Shown here: piece by piece, positions 9,878 through 20,957 of the stretch
How the letters are laid out: the number at the start of each line of letters is the position of its first letter
Position numbering within the stretch: position 1 is the stretch's first letter
Source of the DNA: a bacterium
GTDB taxonomy: Bacteria > SM23-31
Assembly: GCA_965249485.1 (NCBI GenBank)
Contig: OZ252239.1
Coordinates: 2,752,001 to 2,816,000, forward strand
Length of the DNA: 64,000 nucleotides
Direction: 5' to 3'
The notes under the pieces: model-generated
The model's input: the letters and a program-made list of their open reading frames with translations, nothing else
Told to the model about the DNA's origin: nothing
Database searches by the model: none
Translations under genes and position numbers: made by a program

Positions 9878-11596
9878 CTATTGTATTGTAATTGTCTTTT
9901 CATCTCGGCCGGCCTTTGGAGCCCAAGCCTCGACAGACACATTGAGAGGTGCAGAACCTACCGCTTTGATCGTCCATTCAACGGTCTTCGTTGGCACCTC
10001 CTCTCCGTGAGACCATAGGCTGATAACCGTAAGCCGACCAGGGAGATGTCCGGCATTTATGATCGGCTCCCCTTCTACCACTTCGCCACCTGTTACATGT
10101 ATTTTTGCATTGACTGGATAATCGCGCCTGATCTTTATTGCATTTTGAGTGACATACGTTGCCAGAAATCCCGTGTTTTGAAGAGTGGCCATAATACGAT
10201 GCCTGCCACCAGAAATTGGCTCTGATGTCAAATCTTTAATTTGTAGAAACGGTGAACGATTAGCAATGTGACGCAATAAATCGTATTGCCACTCGGAGTG
10301 CATCTTGGCTGTTTTGTCAAGAGCTGCAGGAATGCCGTGAGAACCCCCGACCTCCACTTCACCAAGCACAGAATGTTTATAGGGTTTCCACGGCGAGAAA
10401 AACTGACCCCCCTTTTCCTCCTGGTGCCAGCGATCAATTTCGTCCGGACGAATAAAGCCATCCTTGTTGTAATCTGGTGCCGATCCCTCAACCTCAGGCG
10501 AAATACTATGGATACCAACATGCATGTAAGCCCAATCGTTCGAAAACCCGGTTATGCGCCATCTGTCATTAACTATCGAACCTTCCCCATGAAGCTCTGA
10601 TGGATCAGGCCTTCGGGAATTAAAATTCCAGCTCATATAGTTGGTCTGCATTATGCCGCCTTCACTCAGTGCTGCCCAGATAGCGCCTAAGCGCACATAG
10701 AAATCATTGTCTTCGAGTGGCATAAAGTCGTCGGGATGGTTCATTGGCGGACGGACCATATAGCTCTTGGCACCCCCGCCTGAGTGGATGTTGTAGGCAA
10801 AGAAGATGTTCCGGTGCGAAGTTATGAAATCCGCGACAGCACGCACCTCAGGTCTTGAGAATGGATAAGGACCGGCGCCTCCATCTTGAGGTTCCCATTC
10901 TGCAGACCAGTTTCGGTTGAAGTCTGTGTCCTCACGCTCACCAGTTAATTCGTTACGTTCTCTCCTCTCTTTCACCAACGGATTCCCCTCAGGACTTATA
11001 ACACCCGGCCCCTCAATATAGTATCGATATCCCCTCTCCATTGAATCATCCTTTACACGTATCCGGGTAATATAACCATCTCCGTCTATGTCCCTTCCGG
11101 CATGCTCCTCCGGTATATAACCTTTCCACGCCGTGTGACGAGTAAGCATCCGCTCGCCTCCGTCGGCATCGAATACCGGCAACACATAAAAAGTTCGAGT
11201 ATTAATAAGACGAGTTGCTTCAGGGCTTTTATCATATTCGAAAAGGAGCCTTTCGATAAAATACGATAGGTAAAGACGCCCGGTTTCCTCGCCCATGTGC
11301 ATATTACCGTCCATCCACATTGCCGGTTTCGATTCACCGGATCCTGTGGCCTCGTTTGTTATCTCTATCACCAACATCTCACGTCCAGCAGCGGTCTTGC
11401 CGATAATATGGGTGCGGGCAATCTTCGGGTACTTCAAAGCCAGTTCTTGAAGACGAGCATTTACTTCTGCATGCAATGGGTAAGGCCAGCGCCCGAAATC
11501 AAATGAAAAGCCGCGAATCGGCTCCGAACGCAATTGTCCGAACACATCCGCAGAAACAAGTTGTAATAATGAAACAACAATCATTAAGTAACGCAC
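9878..11596 (-). CDS. Secreted M14-family zinc carboxypeptidase
   Basis: Signal peptide, IGKT..GRE, GNMHMGE (HxxE), DFNRNW, NIHS; GGAGG RBS with GTG start. Confidence 0.88.
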   Translation of the reverse strand: MRYLMIVVSLLQLVSADVFGQLRSEPIRGFSFDFGRWPYPLHAEVNARLQELALKYPKIARTHIIGKTAAGREMLVIEITNEATGSGESKPAMWMDGNMHMGEETGRLYLSYFIERLLFEYDKSPEATRLINTRTFYVLPVFDADGGERMLTRHTAWKGYIPEEHAGRDIDGDGYITRIRVKDDSMERGYRYYIEGPGVISPEGNPLVKERRERNELTGEREDTDFNRNWSAEWEPQDGGAGPYPFSRPEVRAVADFITSHRNIFFAYNIHSGGGAKSYMVRPPMNHPDDFMPLEDNDFYVRLGAIWAALSEGGIMQTNYMSWNFNSRRPDPSELHGEGSIVNDRWRITGFSNDWAYMHVGIHSISPEVEGSAPDYNKDGFIRPDEIDRWHQEEKGGQFFSPWKPYKHSVLGEVEVGGSHGIPAALDKTAKMHSEWQYDLLRHIANRSPFLQIKDLTSEPISGGRHRIMATLQNTGFLATYVTQNAIKIRRDYPVNAKIHVTGGEVVEGEPIINAGHLPGRLTVISLWSHGEEVPTKTVEWTIKAVGSAPLNVSVEAWAPKAGRDEKTITIQ

Positions 11597-12024
11597 TTGT
11601 TATCCTCCCTACTTTTCATTTAAAGAAGCCTCCTGACCTTGACTTTCAACTTGGTGGAGGTTCTCGGATGTATTAACTTATATTCCCCATATCAATTTTT
11701 ATTATTGAGAATAATTGGGAATTGGTTGAAATATGACATTTTAAAATAAGTGATGAACTTGATTTAAAATATTAAAAATTATACTATTAATAGTAAAGTA
11801 TGTAATTTGCTTATGCAAATGTTTTCTTCTCTTCGAGCAATTCCATCACGTAATAAATAAGAATAGTCAATTTTTAAAAATTTTCACGAGGGGTTTTAAT
11901 TATGTTGAATTCTTTCCAGAATGAAATGGAATTTCGTTAAATCTGACATTCATCAAAATAAATTGTACTATATCAATTATGATTTTACATTACTACAAAG
12001 CAATTATCTAATAAACGAGGAATA

Positions 12025-14744
12025 GTGATGAAAAAAAATACCACGTATGCCTATTGGTTTCTTACAATCATGACCACTTTTCTTTTTATTGTTCAGACGA
12101 CGTACGGTCAGCTAATCCCGGAAAATATTATTGAAACATTTCACTACCGTTCGATTGGGCCAACCAGGCAGAGCGGCAGGATCACTGATTTTGCACTACC
12201 TGTGCTGCAACCCTACACGTTTTACGTTGCAACAGCTTCAGGAGGACTCTGGAAAACGGATAATAATGGGATTACTTACAGACCAATATTTGATCATGAG
12301 CATTCGATTGCCATCGGAGATGTTGCCGTTGCTCCCTCCGAGCCAAATGTCGTGTGGGTCGGCACCGGTGAAGCCAACGGTGACTACTGGGGTGATGGAA
12401 TGTATAAGTCGACAGACGGCGGCACAACATGGACGAATATGGGATTACGAGAATCGAGCCGGATAGGTCGGATCAGGATCCATCCCGGAAATCCTGATAT
12501 TGTATATGTGGCGGCAACAGGCCGGTTTAACTCACAGAATCCCGAACGTGGTGTGTTTAAAACGACAAATAGAGGAAAAACATGGGATAAATCTCTTGAG
12601 GTAATCGAGAATGGGAGATATATCGGGGTAGTCGATCTGGTTATGGACCCCCGTGATCCTGAAGTCCTCTATGCCGCGAGTTATGACCGTCCGGGCGCCG
12701 GGAGACATAACGATATACCCAATGGAGACGGCAGCGGCATTTACAAAACGATCAATGGCGGAACGTCTTGGATAAAGCTTTCAGACGGTCTTCCTGAAGG
12801 AGGAATGGGCAGGATCGGTCTCGATATTTATTTGAGCAATCCGGATATCCTCTATGGAGTTATCCATGTGCCCGAATCATCCGGTGGAAATTCACAGAAC
12901 AGGGTATACCGTACCGACAATGCAGGGAGAACGTGGAACAGACTGGGGCAACCGAGTGGAGAGGGATTGCGGGGTGCTTCTTACTTTGGCCAGATCAGAG
13001 TCGACCCCAATGATGAAAACCATATCTATGTTTTGAGTGTCAATATGTATGAAACAAAGGATGCCGGTAAAACATGGGATACCCCGTACCGTGAACGAGA
13101 CGAAAAAAGAAGGGCACGGGTTGATTTTTATGATGACCACCATGCGATGTGGATCGATCCTGAGAATTCAAGCCATATGTTGCTCGGTACCGACCATGGT
13201 ATGGGTATAACCTATGATGCCGGGAGAAACTGGTACCACCCGGATGAGCTGCCTCTTGCCCAGCTCTATGCAATAGCTGTCGATATGAACTATCCTTATG
13301 ATGTGTACGGAGGTACGCAGGACAACGGTAATTTCAGGGGCCCGAGTACTAAGAAAGGGAAATACCCCATCCGTTTGGAAGACTGGCAGTATTGGGGTAC
13401 CGGCGATGGGTCACACGTACAGGTGGATCCCTCAAACAGTCGCTGGTTGTATAATGAACAACAGAACGGCGATATCGAGCGCATCGATCAGAGAAGCGGA
13501 AGACGGAAAAATATCAAATACAGGAAAAATCCCGACCTGCGGTTCAATTTCAACACTCCGATTCTGATATCTCCTCACAATCCTAATGTTATTTATCATG
13601 GATCTAATGTTCTCCTCAAATCTCCCAACCGTGGTGAGTCCTGGGAAGAGATAAGTCCCGATCTGTCAAACTATGATGAAAATAAAATTAACACTATTCG
13701 GCGCGTGAAAAATACCATTACTACAATGGCTGAATCACCGGTTACCGAAGGGGTGATATGGGCGGGTACTGATGACGGCAATGTACAGCTGACACGGGAT
13801 GGTGGTAAAACGTGGAAAAACTAAATAACCGCATACCGGGCTATCCCGGATACTGGGTAAGCAGAGTTGCAGTTTCACATCATTATGCAGGTACTGCATA
13901 CGTATCGTTCCGAGGCAGGGACAGGGATGACTACCGGCCATTTGTGTACAAAACAACCGATTATGGTGAAACATGGGTATCAATATCCGCAAATCTGCCG
14001 AATGAATCGGTCAATGTGATTCAGGAAGACCATAAGAATCCTAATTTGCTGTTTGTCGGGAATGACAAGGCGGTCTATGTAACAATAGATGGCGGTAGGA
14101 ACTGGACACAATTGAAAAACAACATGCCAACCCAACCGGTACTTGATCTCGTCATTCATCCCCGCGAGAATGATCTCGTGGTGGGAACATACGGACGAGG
14201 TTTTTTCATAACCGATATATCCCCGCTGCAGGAATTGACAACGGAGTTATTAGGTCAGGAAGTCCATTTATTTAATATTGAACCCAAAGTTCAGTGGGTA
14301 ATTCCCCGGGAAAACGTCGTGAGTTCCCAGAACTTCGCAGGTGAGAACGAGCCCTATGGGCTTATGATCAATTATTACCTGAAAAACAGCGTTAATTCTG
14401 ATGTAATAGTTCGTGTATACAAGGGAGAACGAATGATAAACGAACTACATGGGTCAGGTATCGCAGGACTCAATAGCGTCGAGTGGCGGATGGATGCTCG
14501 ACGGGAGCGGACAGAAGAAGAAAAAGAACAGTGGAAGCGAAACTACGAGTGGTTTATTGACCAACCTTATACGAAATTTCAGGAAGTCTCTTATCACGAT
14601 GTTGAATTTGATCCTGACAGCCCGAACCATATTGGTACAGAACTTCCGCCGGGAGAATATACCGTTAAACTATCTGTCAACGACAAGGAGTTGACCCGTA
14701 AAGCGGAAATCCTGAAAGATCACTGGTATATTAAATACCATTAA
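12025..14744 (+). pseudogene. Secreted VPS10/sortilin-like BNR-repeat beta-propeller protein split by a single frameshift (ORFs 12025-13824 and 13812-14744)
   Basis: Asp-box repeats (STDGGTTW, TTNRGKTW, TRDGGKTW, TTDYGETW) continue across the junction; one extra A in A5 at 13816-13820 restores a ~906-aa protein. Confidence 0.8.
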
Positions 14745-14798
14745 CCGAATGGATGACAAGTATTTATAAGAATAATCAATTACAGGAGGAAGAGAATA

Positions 14799-16424
14799 AT
14801 GTGCAGATACCATCTGAATTTTTGTCTTAGCTTGTTTATTTCCATATTACTTTTTGATTCGTGCGCACCGGAGAACATTGGAACCGATATGGCGGCGTTG
14901 AATACCTACGATGATCTCGTTACGCTCTTCGGGGAGTTTCGCGAGTTTCAGAGACCGAAGGAGATAGACGGTGTGCCCGACTATACCGCATCCGCCATGA
15001 GCGAACAGTACAGCCGGGTACGGGAGTATCAGCAGAGATTAGCGGCTATAGATATCGAGGATTGGCCTGTTGCACAACAGGTGGACTACCACGTGGTACG
15101 CGCAGAGATGAACGGCCTTGAGTTCGATCACCGGATCCGAAGACCGTGGGCACGAGACCCAGTTTTCTACCTGTTTTCACAAGCAGGTGCGGGCCCGGCA
15201 GCTTATGGAAGGCCGCACTTATCCGGGCTTCCGATGTCACAGGAACAAGCGGCTGTTTTCAAAGCAAAACTTCAAGCTGTGCCCGAATTTCTCGAGCAGG
15301 CGCGGGGCAATCTTTCCGAAGCAGCCGGAGATCTTGCACGTTTCGCACTACATTATCTTGACGAAGAAATAGCGATGTATCAAAATCTTGGTGAGCGGTT
15401 GACCGGACACCACTCAGATATAATCCCCGACATCGATAAAGCGGTTGCCGCAGTTGAAGATTATGGTACATGGCTTGAAGCAAACATGAGTTCGATGACT
15501 GCTCCGGCGGGAATCGGCAAAGAAAATTATAACTGGTGGCTCAAAAATGTACATTTCGTACCCTACACCTGGGATGAAATATACGCCAGCCTGAAACGGG
15601 AGTACGAGCATTCACTCGGCGCCCTTAAAATAGTAGAGCATAAGAACCGTGACCTGCCGCCACTCAAATTGATTTCATCTGCAGATGAGTATCTAAGCCG
15701 ATGGAGAAATGATGAACGGTATATGCTGGATTTCATACAGGACGAAAAACTGTTTACATTTCCCGATTATATCACTTCCTACGATCCCGGTGAATGGTGG
15801 AATGCCCGCGAAAGGAACGGTATTCAGGATTTCTTTGAACAATGCAGGGATCGCGATATGATCGCCGAAATTGCCCATAATGCCTTAGGACACCATGTAG
15901 ATGAGTTAATGCATCAGCGGGACGACCGACCCATCCGGGGTCAAAACCGGTTATATGATATCGATATGATACGCAACGAGGGTATGGCATTCGGGCTCGA
16001 AGAAATATTTCTCCATGCCGGGATTTATGAAAAACGGCCCAGGGGCGAAGAGATCAACCTGATAGCAAAGGCGTTTCGTGCCGTGCGCGGCCTTGCCGAC
16101 TTGAATTTACATAGCAACGAATTCGACCTTTCCGATGCGCTCAAATTTTGCTATGAAGAAACTCCGTACAACTGGATGATCGACGGAGGATATGAAGTCT
16201 GGCATGAGATGCAGACAACACTCCGCGCTCCCGGTTGGCACATGGGCATGGTTCTTGGAAAAATCCAGATGATGAGTTTAATAGAAGATGCAGCAAAAGT
16301 ACGCGGTGACGATTTTGTACTTGGGGAGTTTGTTGACGATTTCAGATCGAGAGGTATGATCCCTATGTCGCTGGTACGGTGGGAACTGACGGGTCTCACT
16401 GATGAAATGGAAATTCTGTGGTAA
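14799..16424 (+). CDS. DUF885-family lipoprotein
   Basis: Lipobox-like FDSC, RPWARDP.FY, AHNALGHH, EG.AF..E, LGKIQM...R, G.IP. Confidence 0.8.
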   Translation: MCRYHLNFCLSLFISILLFDSCAPENIGTDMAALNTYDDLVTLFGEFREFQRPKEIDGVPDYTASAMSEQYSRVREYQQRLAAIDIEDWPVAQQVDYHVVRAEMNGLEFDHRIRRPWARDPVFYLFSQAGAGPAAYGRPHLSGLPMSQEQAAVFKAKLQAVPEFLEQARGNLSEAAGDLARFALHYLDEEIAMYQNLGERLTGHHSDIIPDIDKAVAAVEDYGTWLEANMSSMTAPAGIGKENYNWWLKNVHFVPYTWDEIYASLKREYEHSLGALKIVEHKNRDLPPLKLISSADEYLSRWRNDERYMLDFIQDEKLFTFPDYITSYDPGEWWNARERNGIQDFFEQCRDRDMIAEIAHNALGHHVDELMHQRDDRPIRGQNRLYDIDMIRNEGMAFGLEEIFLHAGIYEKRPRGEEINLIAKAFRAVRGLADLNLHSNEFDLSDALKFCYEETPYNWMIDGGYEVWHEMQTTLRAPGWHMGMVLGKIQMMSLIEDAAKVRGDDFVLGEFVDDFRSRGMIPMSLVRWELTGLTDEMEILW

Positions 16425-16794
16425 TATACTTAACTATCGATAATTCACAGAAATATGCAGAATCGTTTCATTTGGGAGTACTGGTTTATAAAATACAATC
16501 AATCATATCAACTATTAAAACGGCAACGTATTGATTTTCATCAGATAAAATAGCCAAATTTTTTAAACTTATTTATAGAATCTAGCCTGGGATTATTACA
16601 TTATACCAAGATTCCCAGTATGATATTGTACGTCTCGAATTCTTACCTCAGCGTCATTCAAACAATTTGATCAATATCATTCAATGAATCCAATTAAAAT
16701 ATGTGCGTTATTCTGGAAACAACAGTGGAAATTTACAAATAATAACCAATAATAGGACTCGGAATACCTTTTAAGTGCTTGTTATTACTTATAG

Positions 16795-16868
16795 TAGCGG
16801 AGCAGGGACTCGAACCCCGGACACGTGGATTATGATTCCACTGCTCTGACCAGCTGAGCTACTCCGCC
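16795..16868 (-). tRNA. tRNA-Met(CAT), elongator type, CCA not encoded
   Basis: GGCGGAGTAGCTCAGCTGGTCAGAGCAGTGGAATCATAATCCACGTGTCCGGGGTTCGAGTCCCTGCTCCGCTA folds as a cloverleaf; lacks initiator features; Ile2 not fully excluded. Confidence 0.92.
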
Positions 16869-16928
16869 TTTATTTTAACTAATTGATAAGTTAGGGTTTT
16901 TTTGGTAAAACATTAAGGTGAAACCACA

Positions 16929-17849
16929 CTATTCTAACCGAATTTCACCATTCAATACAGTTATTGCATTACCTAATATCTTAACCGACTCAAACACACC
17001 GTTCTTTTTGACAAGCTCGACACTTACTCTTCCGGGTTTATCAAGGAAGTCTCCTTGCTCGGCGACAAATCGAACTACTCCTTTAGATGGCTTTATTATG
17101 CCATTATCTACGAGATAGACACCTAGTGATCCAAGAGATTAACCCGTAACCGGGTCTTCAATAACACCAACCAACGGTGCAAAATGCCTACAATGTACTG
17201 AGGATTTACTTTCAATTGTGTCTGTTGTAAAAACAGTCAAACCGTGCGTTTGTGTATCAGAACATATTTTAGCAATAAGCCTCTGATTCGGGATAATCTT
17301 GAAGAGTTGTTCTCTTGATTTCATTGAAAGAAAAAGGTGTGAATTATTCTTTGACAATGGATAAGTGGTTTCTATACTTTCAACATGCATAGATAATGCA
17401 GTTGCAAGATCGTATTTCTCATATTCAACCAAATGAAACGTCGGAACAGGAAGTTCAAATATAATCAATGGCGGTTCATTTTTCTCTATTAAAACATCGA
17501 CAGACAATATTCCGGATCGTGTTTCTACATTAAACTTAAAGAGTCCCGCCCTGTTCATACCATACTTATGCTCTTCAGCAAGAGCATGGAACGCAGCTAT
17601 TGTTGCATGCCCGCATAAATTTACTTCTGAAGCTGGAGTAAACCATCTCAATCTCATGTCTGCTGTCGGTGTTTTGGGCGGAAGAACAAATGCCGTTTCA
17701 GAAATATTCATTTCACGAGCAATAAGTTTCATTTGCTTAACAGTCAGTCCACTTGCAGCCGTTACAACACCTGCTGCATTTCCGGCAAACGGAATACGCG
17801 TAAAAGCATCAACCTGTTTTATTTTAACAAATTTCAATGGTGCACTCAC
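16929..17849 (-). pseudogene. PhzF-family isomerase interrupted by one in-frame TAA
   Basis: VDAFT..PFAGN, EMNISETAF, LCGHAT, EDPVTG*SLGSLGVYL...EQG...KPGRV...GNAITVLNGEI; stop at 17139-17141, frame continues to TAG at 16929. Confidence 0.85.
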
Positions 17850-17990
17850 CTAAATTAAAAAGGTATAAATTTTGTCATTTCTACTGCCATTCGCAAGTTA
17901 TTTTTCCCAATGCGCAGCTAAATTATCATTTTGTTAAATGCAGGTCAATTAATTAAAATAAAATGCCGTTTTTCATCACTCTCTTTTTGT

Positions 17991-18019
17991 TTGACTTTTT
18001 CGTATTTAAATCGTAAAAT
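17991..18019 (+). promoter_or_regulatory. Putative sigma70 promoter of the PpiD-like gene
   Basis: TTGACT-N17-TAAAAT. Confidence 0.55.
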
Positions 18020-18095
18020 TAGTGTTTTCATTGAAAGTGTTACGACAGCATATAAGAACGTAACCTAATTGTATTTATCTAAAGGATTTAATTTT

Positions 18096-19955
18096 ATGAC
18101 TGAACCGGTTCAAAAATCTGAATCTCGCGGAATAATGAAAAGAATGCGGGAGCAAACGCATATTGTTCTATGGATCCTTGTTTTCTCATTTGTTGGCTTA
18201 ATCGTTTTTGAGTGGGGTATGGATATTGTCGGTCTTCGCTCTCCTTCTAATCAAGGTATAATTGGTGAAGTTAACAATCAGGAAATTACTTATCAGGCAT
18301 TCTGGAATAATATTCAAAGACAATTCGTTCTTCTCAGAGATCGTTTCGGAACAGCCCCTGATGAGCAAACTATGCGTATGGTACGCGATCAGGTTTTTAA
18401 TGAAATGGTCAATGCAATCCTGGTTCAGGCTGCAGTTGAAAAATTGGGTTTCACAGCGACCGATGCAGAAGTTACTCAGGAAGTTCTTAACAGGCCCAGG
18501 CCTGAGTTTCTTAATAATCCTGAGTTCATCACCGAAGACGGTAAATTTGACAAAAACAAATATGAAACTGTGCTGAGACAGCTTGCACAAATGAATGCTG
18601 CGGACATTCGCTTTCTTGATGCAGATGCCAGATCCCAAATTCCCGAATACAAATTAAGAAATGCTATCGGTTCTACCGTACGAGTTACCGATAACGAACT
18701 GAAACAACAGTTTATTAAAGATGAGTTGACAGCAACTGTTGAATTTGTTAAGATTGATTATAACAAATTTGCAGATTCGGAAATTGACATATCAGAGGAA
18801 GAGATCAATCAATATTACCGCACTAACTCAGATGATTTTCATCAAGAAGAAACACGGCAAATACGATACGTGTTGTTTAATGCACAACCAACAAACTCTG
18901 ACTCCGCAGCTATCGATGCTCAAATTCAAGAAGCATTAGAAAGAGCCCAAAGTGGTGAAGAATTTACTGATCTGGCGGTTGAATATACCGATTCAAATGG
19001 TGATTTGGGAACATTTGCAAAAGGAGCAATGGTCCCAGCGTTTGAGGAAGCAGTATTTGACAGCAATGTCCGGGAAGGTGATATTGTCGGCCCAGTGGAT
19101 ACACAATTTGGCAGACACATCATAAAAGTTGAGCGTCTGGTTAAACGGAGAGGCGCTGTCGATTCTGTCGAGGCAAAACACATGTTATTTACCTATACGG
19201 CGAGCGCCAGTACGGTTGAAAAAGTTGAATCTGACGCAGGTTATTTGGTAATATCTGCGCGGGAAGAAGATTTTGAATCCGTAGCAAATGCCAGTGGGCT
19301 AACAATATCTTCAACAATACCGTTCCCTGACAACGGTTTCATACCCGGCTTTGGCGCGAATTCTGAGATTTCCAATTTTATCTTTACGAGTGTTTATGCT
19401 GATGACAATCAACCGATTAGTGAAGTGATTGAAACTCCTGCAGGTTTTGCGGTGTTTCAACTCATTGCCGTAAATGAATCGCATACAAAGACTCTTAATG
19501 ACGACAATGTCCGCTTTACAATTGAGCAGAATATCAGGACAGAAAAACAACGAATAATGACTCTTAATCTATTGGCCGAAATCAAAGCTACTATTGATAG
19601 CGGTACATCATTTGCCGATGCAGTGAGCAATGAAAACTTAACTATTGAAACTACAAGTCCTTTTAAACAGAATGACTATTTGCCTGGCGTCGGCACAGAA
19701 ATCCAATTCACGTCTACAGCATTCGAACTTGATTCTGGTGAAATATCACGTCCTGTGGCAGGTAATAACAGCGGATATTTAATTCGGCTGATTGAAAAAG
19801 ATGAGTTTGATGCTGAACAGTTCGCACAACAAAAAAGTACCATTACAAGCCAATTATATCAACAAAAAGTAAATCAGACATTCAGCGCATGGATGCAACA
19901 GCAGCGTGATAATGCAGATATTAAAGACTATAGAAGCAAGTTTTTTACCCGGTAG
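18096..19955 (+). CDS. PpiD/SurA-like periplasmic chaperone with parvulin PPIase domain
   Basis: N-terminal TM anchor, SurA N-domain, GDLGTF..GAMVPAFEEAVF...GPVDTQFGRHII. Confidence 0.88.
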   Translation: MTEPVQKSESRGIMKRMREQTHIVLWILVFSFVGLIVFEWGMDIVGLRSPSNQGIIGEVNNQEITYQAFWNNIQRQFVLLRDRFGTAPDEQTMRMVRDQVFNEMVNAILVQAAVEKLGFTATDAEVTQEVLNRPRPEFLNNPEFITEDGKFDKNKYETVLRQLAQMNAADIRFLDADARSQIPEYKLRNAIGSTVRVTDNELKQQFIKDELTATVEFVKIDYNKFADSEIDISEEEINQYYRTNSDDFHQEETRQIRYVLFNAQPTNSDSAAIDAQIQEALERAQSGEEFTDLAVEYTDSNGDLGTFAKGAMVPAFEEAVFDSNVREGDIVGPVDTQFGRHIIKVERLVKRRGAVDSVEAKHMLFTYTASASTVEKVESDAGYLVISAREEDFESVANASGLTISSTIPFPDNGFIPGFGANSEISNFIFTSVYADDNQPISEVIETPAGFAVFQLIAVNESHTKTLNDDNVRFTIEQNIRTEKQRIMTLNLLAEIKATIDSGTSFADAVSNENLTIETTSPFKQNDYLPGVGTEIQFTSTAFELDSGEISRPVAGNNSGYLIRLIEKDEFDAEQFAQQKSTITSQLYQQKVNQTFSAWMQQQRDNADIKDYRSKFFTR

Positions 19956-19972
19956 TATTTAACTAAATTCCA

Positions 19973-20944
19973 TTAAGAAATTCGGCGTTCGAAGGTGTCA
20001 CGAAATACACCACGGGCGCCGAATTTTTCTTTATAACGGCACAGCCCCCTGTTCGGCTTTTCTTTGAGGGTAAAAGTCCCAAAGTCAAGCAAAGCAATTC
20101 CCTTCTTTTTCGATTCTTGAATAATATGCCAGATGAGACTATCAATAACTCTAAAGGTTTGAAATTCATGATCATGAGCTATGTAAAAAGCTAAATTCAC
20201 CCTTGAATTACACGAAAAAGTAACAACCCCTCCTATAACTCTATTACTCAATTGTGCTACATAGAGTTTAATATCATTAGGAAATAACAATATTAGCCTC
20301 TTAAGTTCACTAAGAGTATGTGTAGGAGTAACATTATGACGCAACTCAAGATTGTTTTGTAAAATTTTATAAAATGGATTGATATCGCTAGACTCGACAA
20401 TTCGAACATTCAACCTTTCTGCTTTCCTCAGTGCTCTTTTGAGACTTTCGGGAAAACGATCAAATATTGTATCAAGTGAATTTTCAAGAGGTAAAACAGA
20501 TGAAAGCTCGCGTCTGCGGTAGAAAAATCCGTGTGTGTGCAATCCGAATTCAAAATTGTTAGATAGTGTAGAACTATAATAGATCGGCGGTATCGTTAAG
20601 ATTATCTGTTGAGTGCCGACTGATTTTGCATGCTTTACGAGTATTTGAACAATGTGCTCAGCTTCGTTGAGTGTAACCGGATTTAATGTGACCGGACCTC
20701 CATACGATGCACCAGGATGTGAGTACAAAACCGATTCCCCTTCCAAGCTAACAACCGCGGCAGGTACAACAGCGAAAAGTGAATTTTGATCTTTTACAAG
20801 TATCGAGGCATCTTGAAAACGTCCTTTCCGGTGGTAATTGAGGAATTTCCGGTAATGAAACAGTGTCCTCTCATGTGATGCACTCACAAAATCATCCCAT
20901 TCTCGTTCATGTTTATCCGTATACCTAATTGCCTCAAAACTCAT
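19973..20944 (-). CDS. GNAT/FemAB-like N-acyltransferase
   Basis: WDDFV...TLFH.R.FL.YH, SHPGASYGG, LDFG...N.GL..YKEKFG. Confidence 0.8.
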   Translation of the reverse strand: MSFEAIRYTDKHEREWDDFVSASHERTLFHYRKFLNYHRKGRFQDASILVKDQNSLFAVVPAAVVSLEGESVLYSHPGASYGGPVTLNPVTLNEAEHIVQILVKHAKSVGTQQIILTIPPIYYSSTLSNNFEFGLHTHGFFYRRRELSSVLPLENSLDTIFDRFPESLKRALRKAERLNVRIVESSDINPFYKILQNNLELRHNVTPTHTLSELKRLILLFPNDIKLYVAQLSNRVIGGVVTFSCNSRVNLAFYIAHDHEFQTFRVIDSLIWHIIQESKKKGIALLDFGTFTLKEKPNRGLCRYKEKFGARGVFRDTFERRIS

Positions 20945-20957
20945 CAAATTCTCCAAC

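Noticed and set aside
16792..16794. Both tRNA genes lack an encoded CCA
   Set aside because: Common in many bacteria; CCA is added enzymatically
17139..17141. Stop-codon reassignment as the explanation for in-frame stops
   Set aside because: TAA, TAG and TGA all end conserved genes at the expected positions in this window
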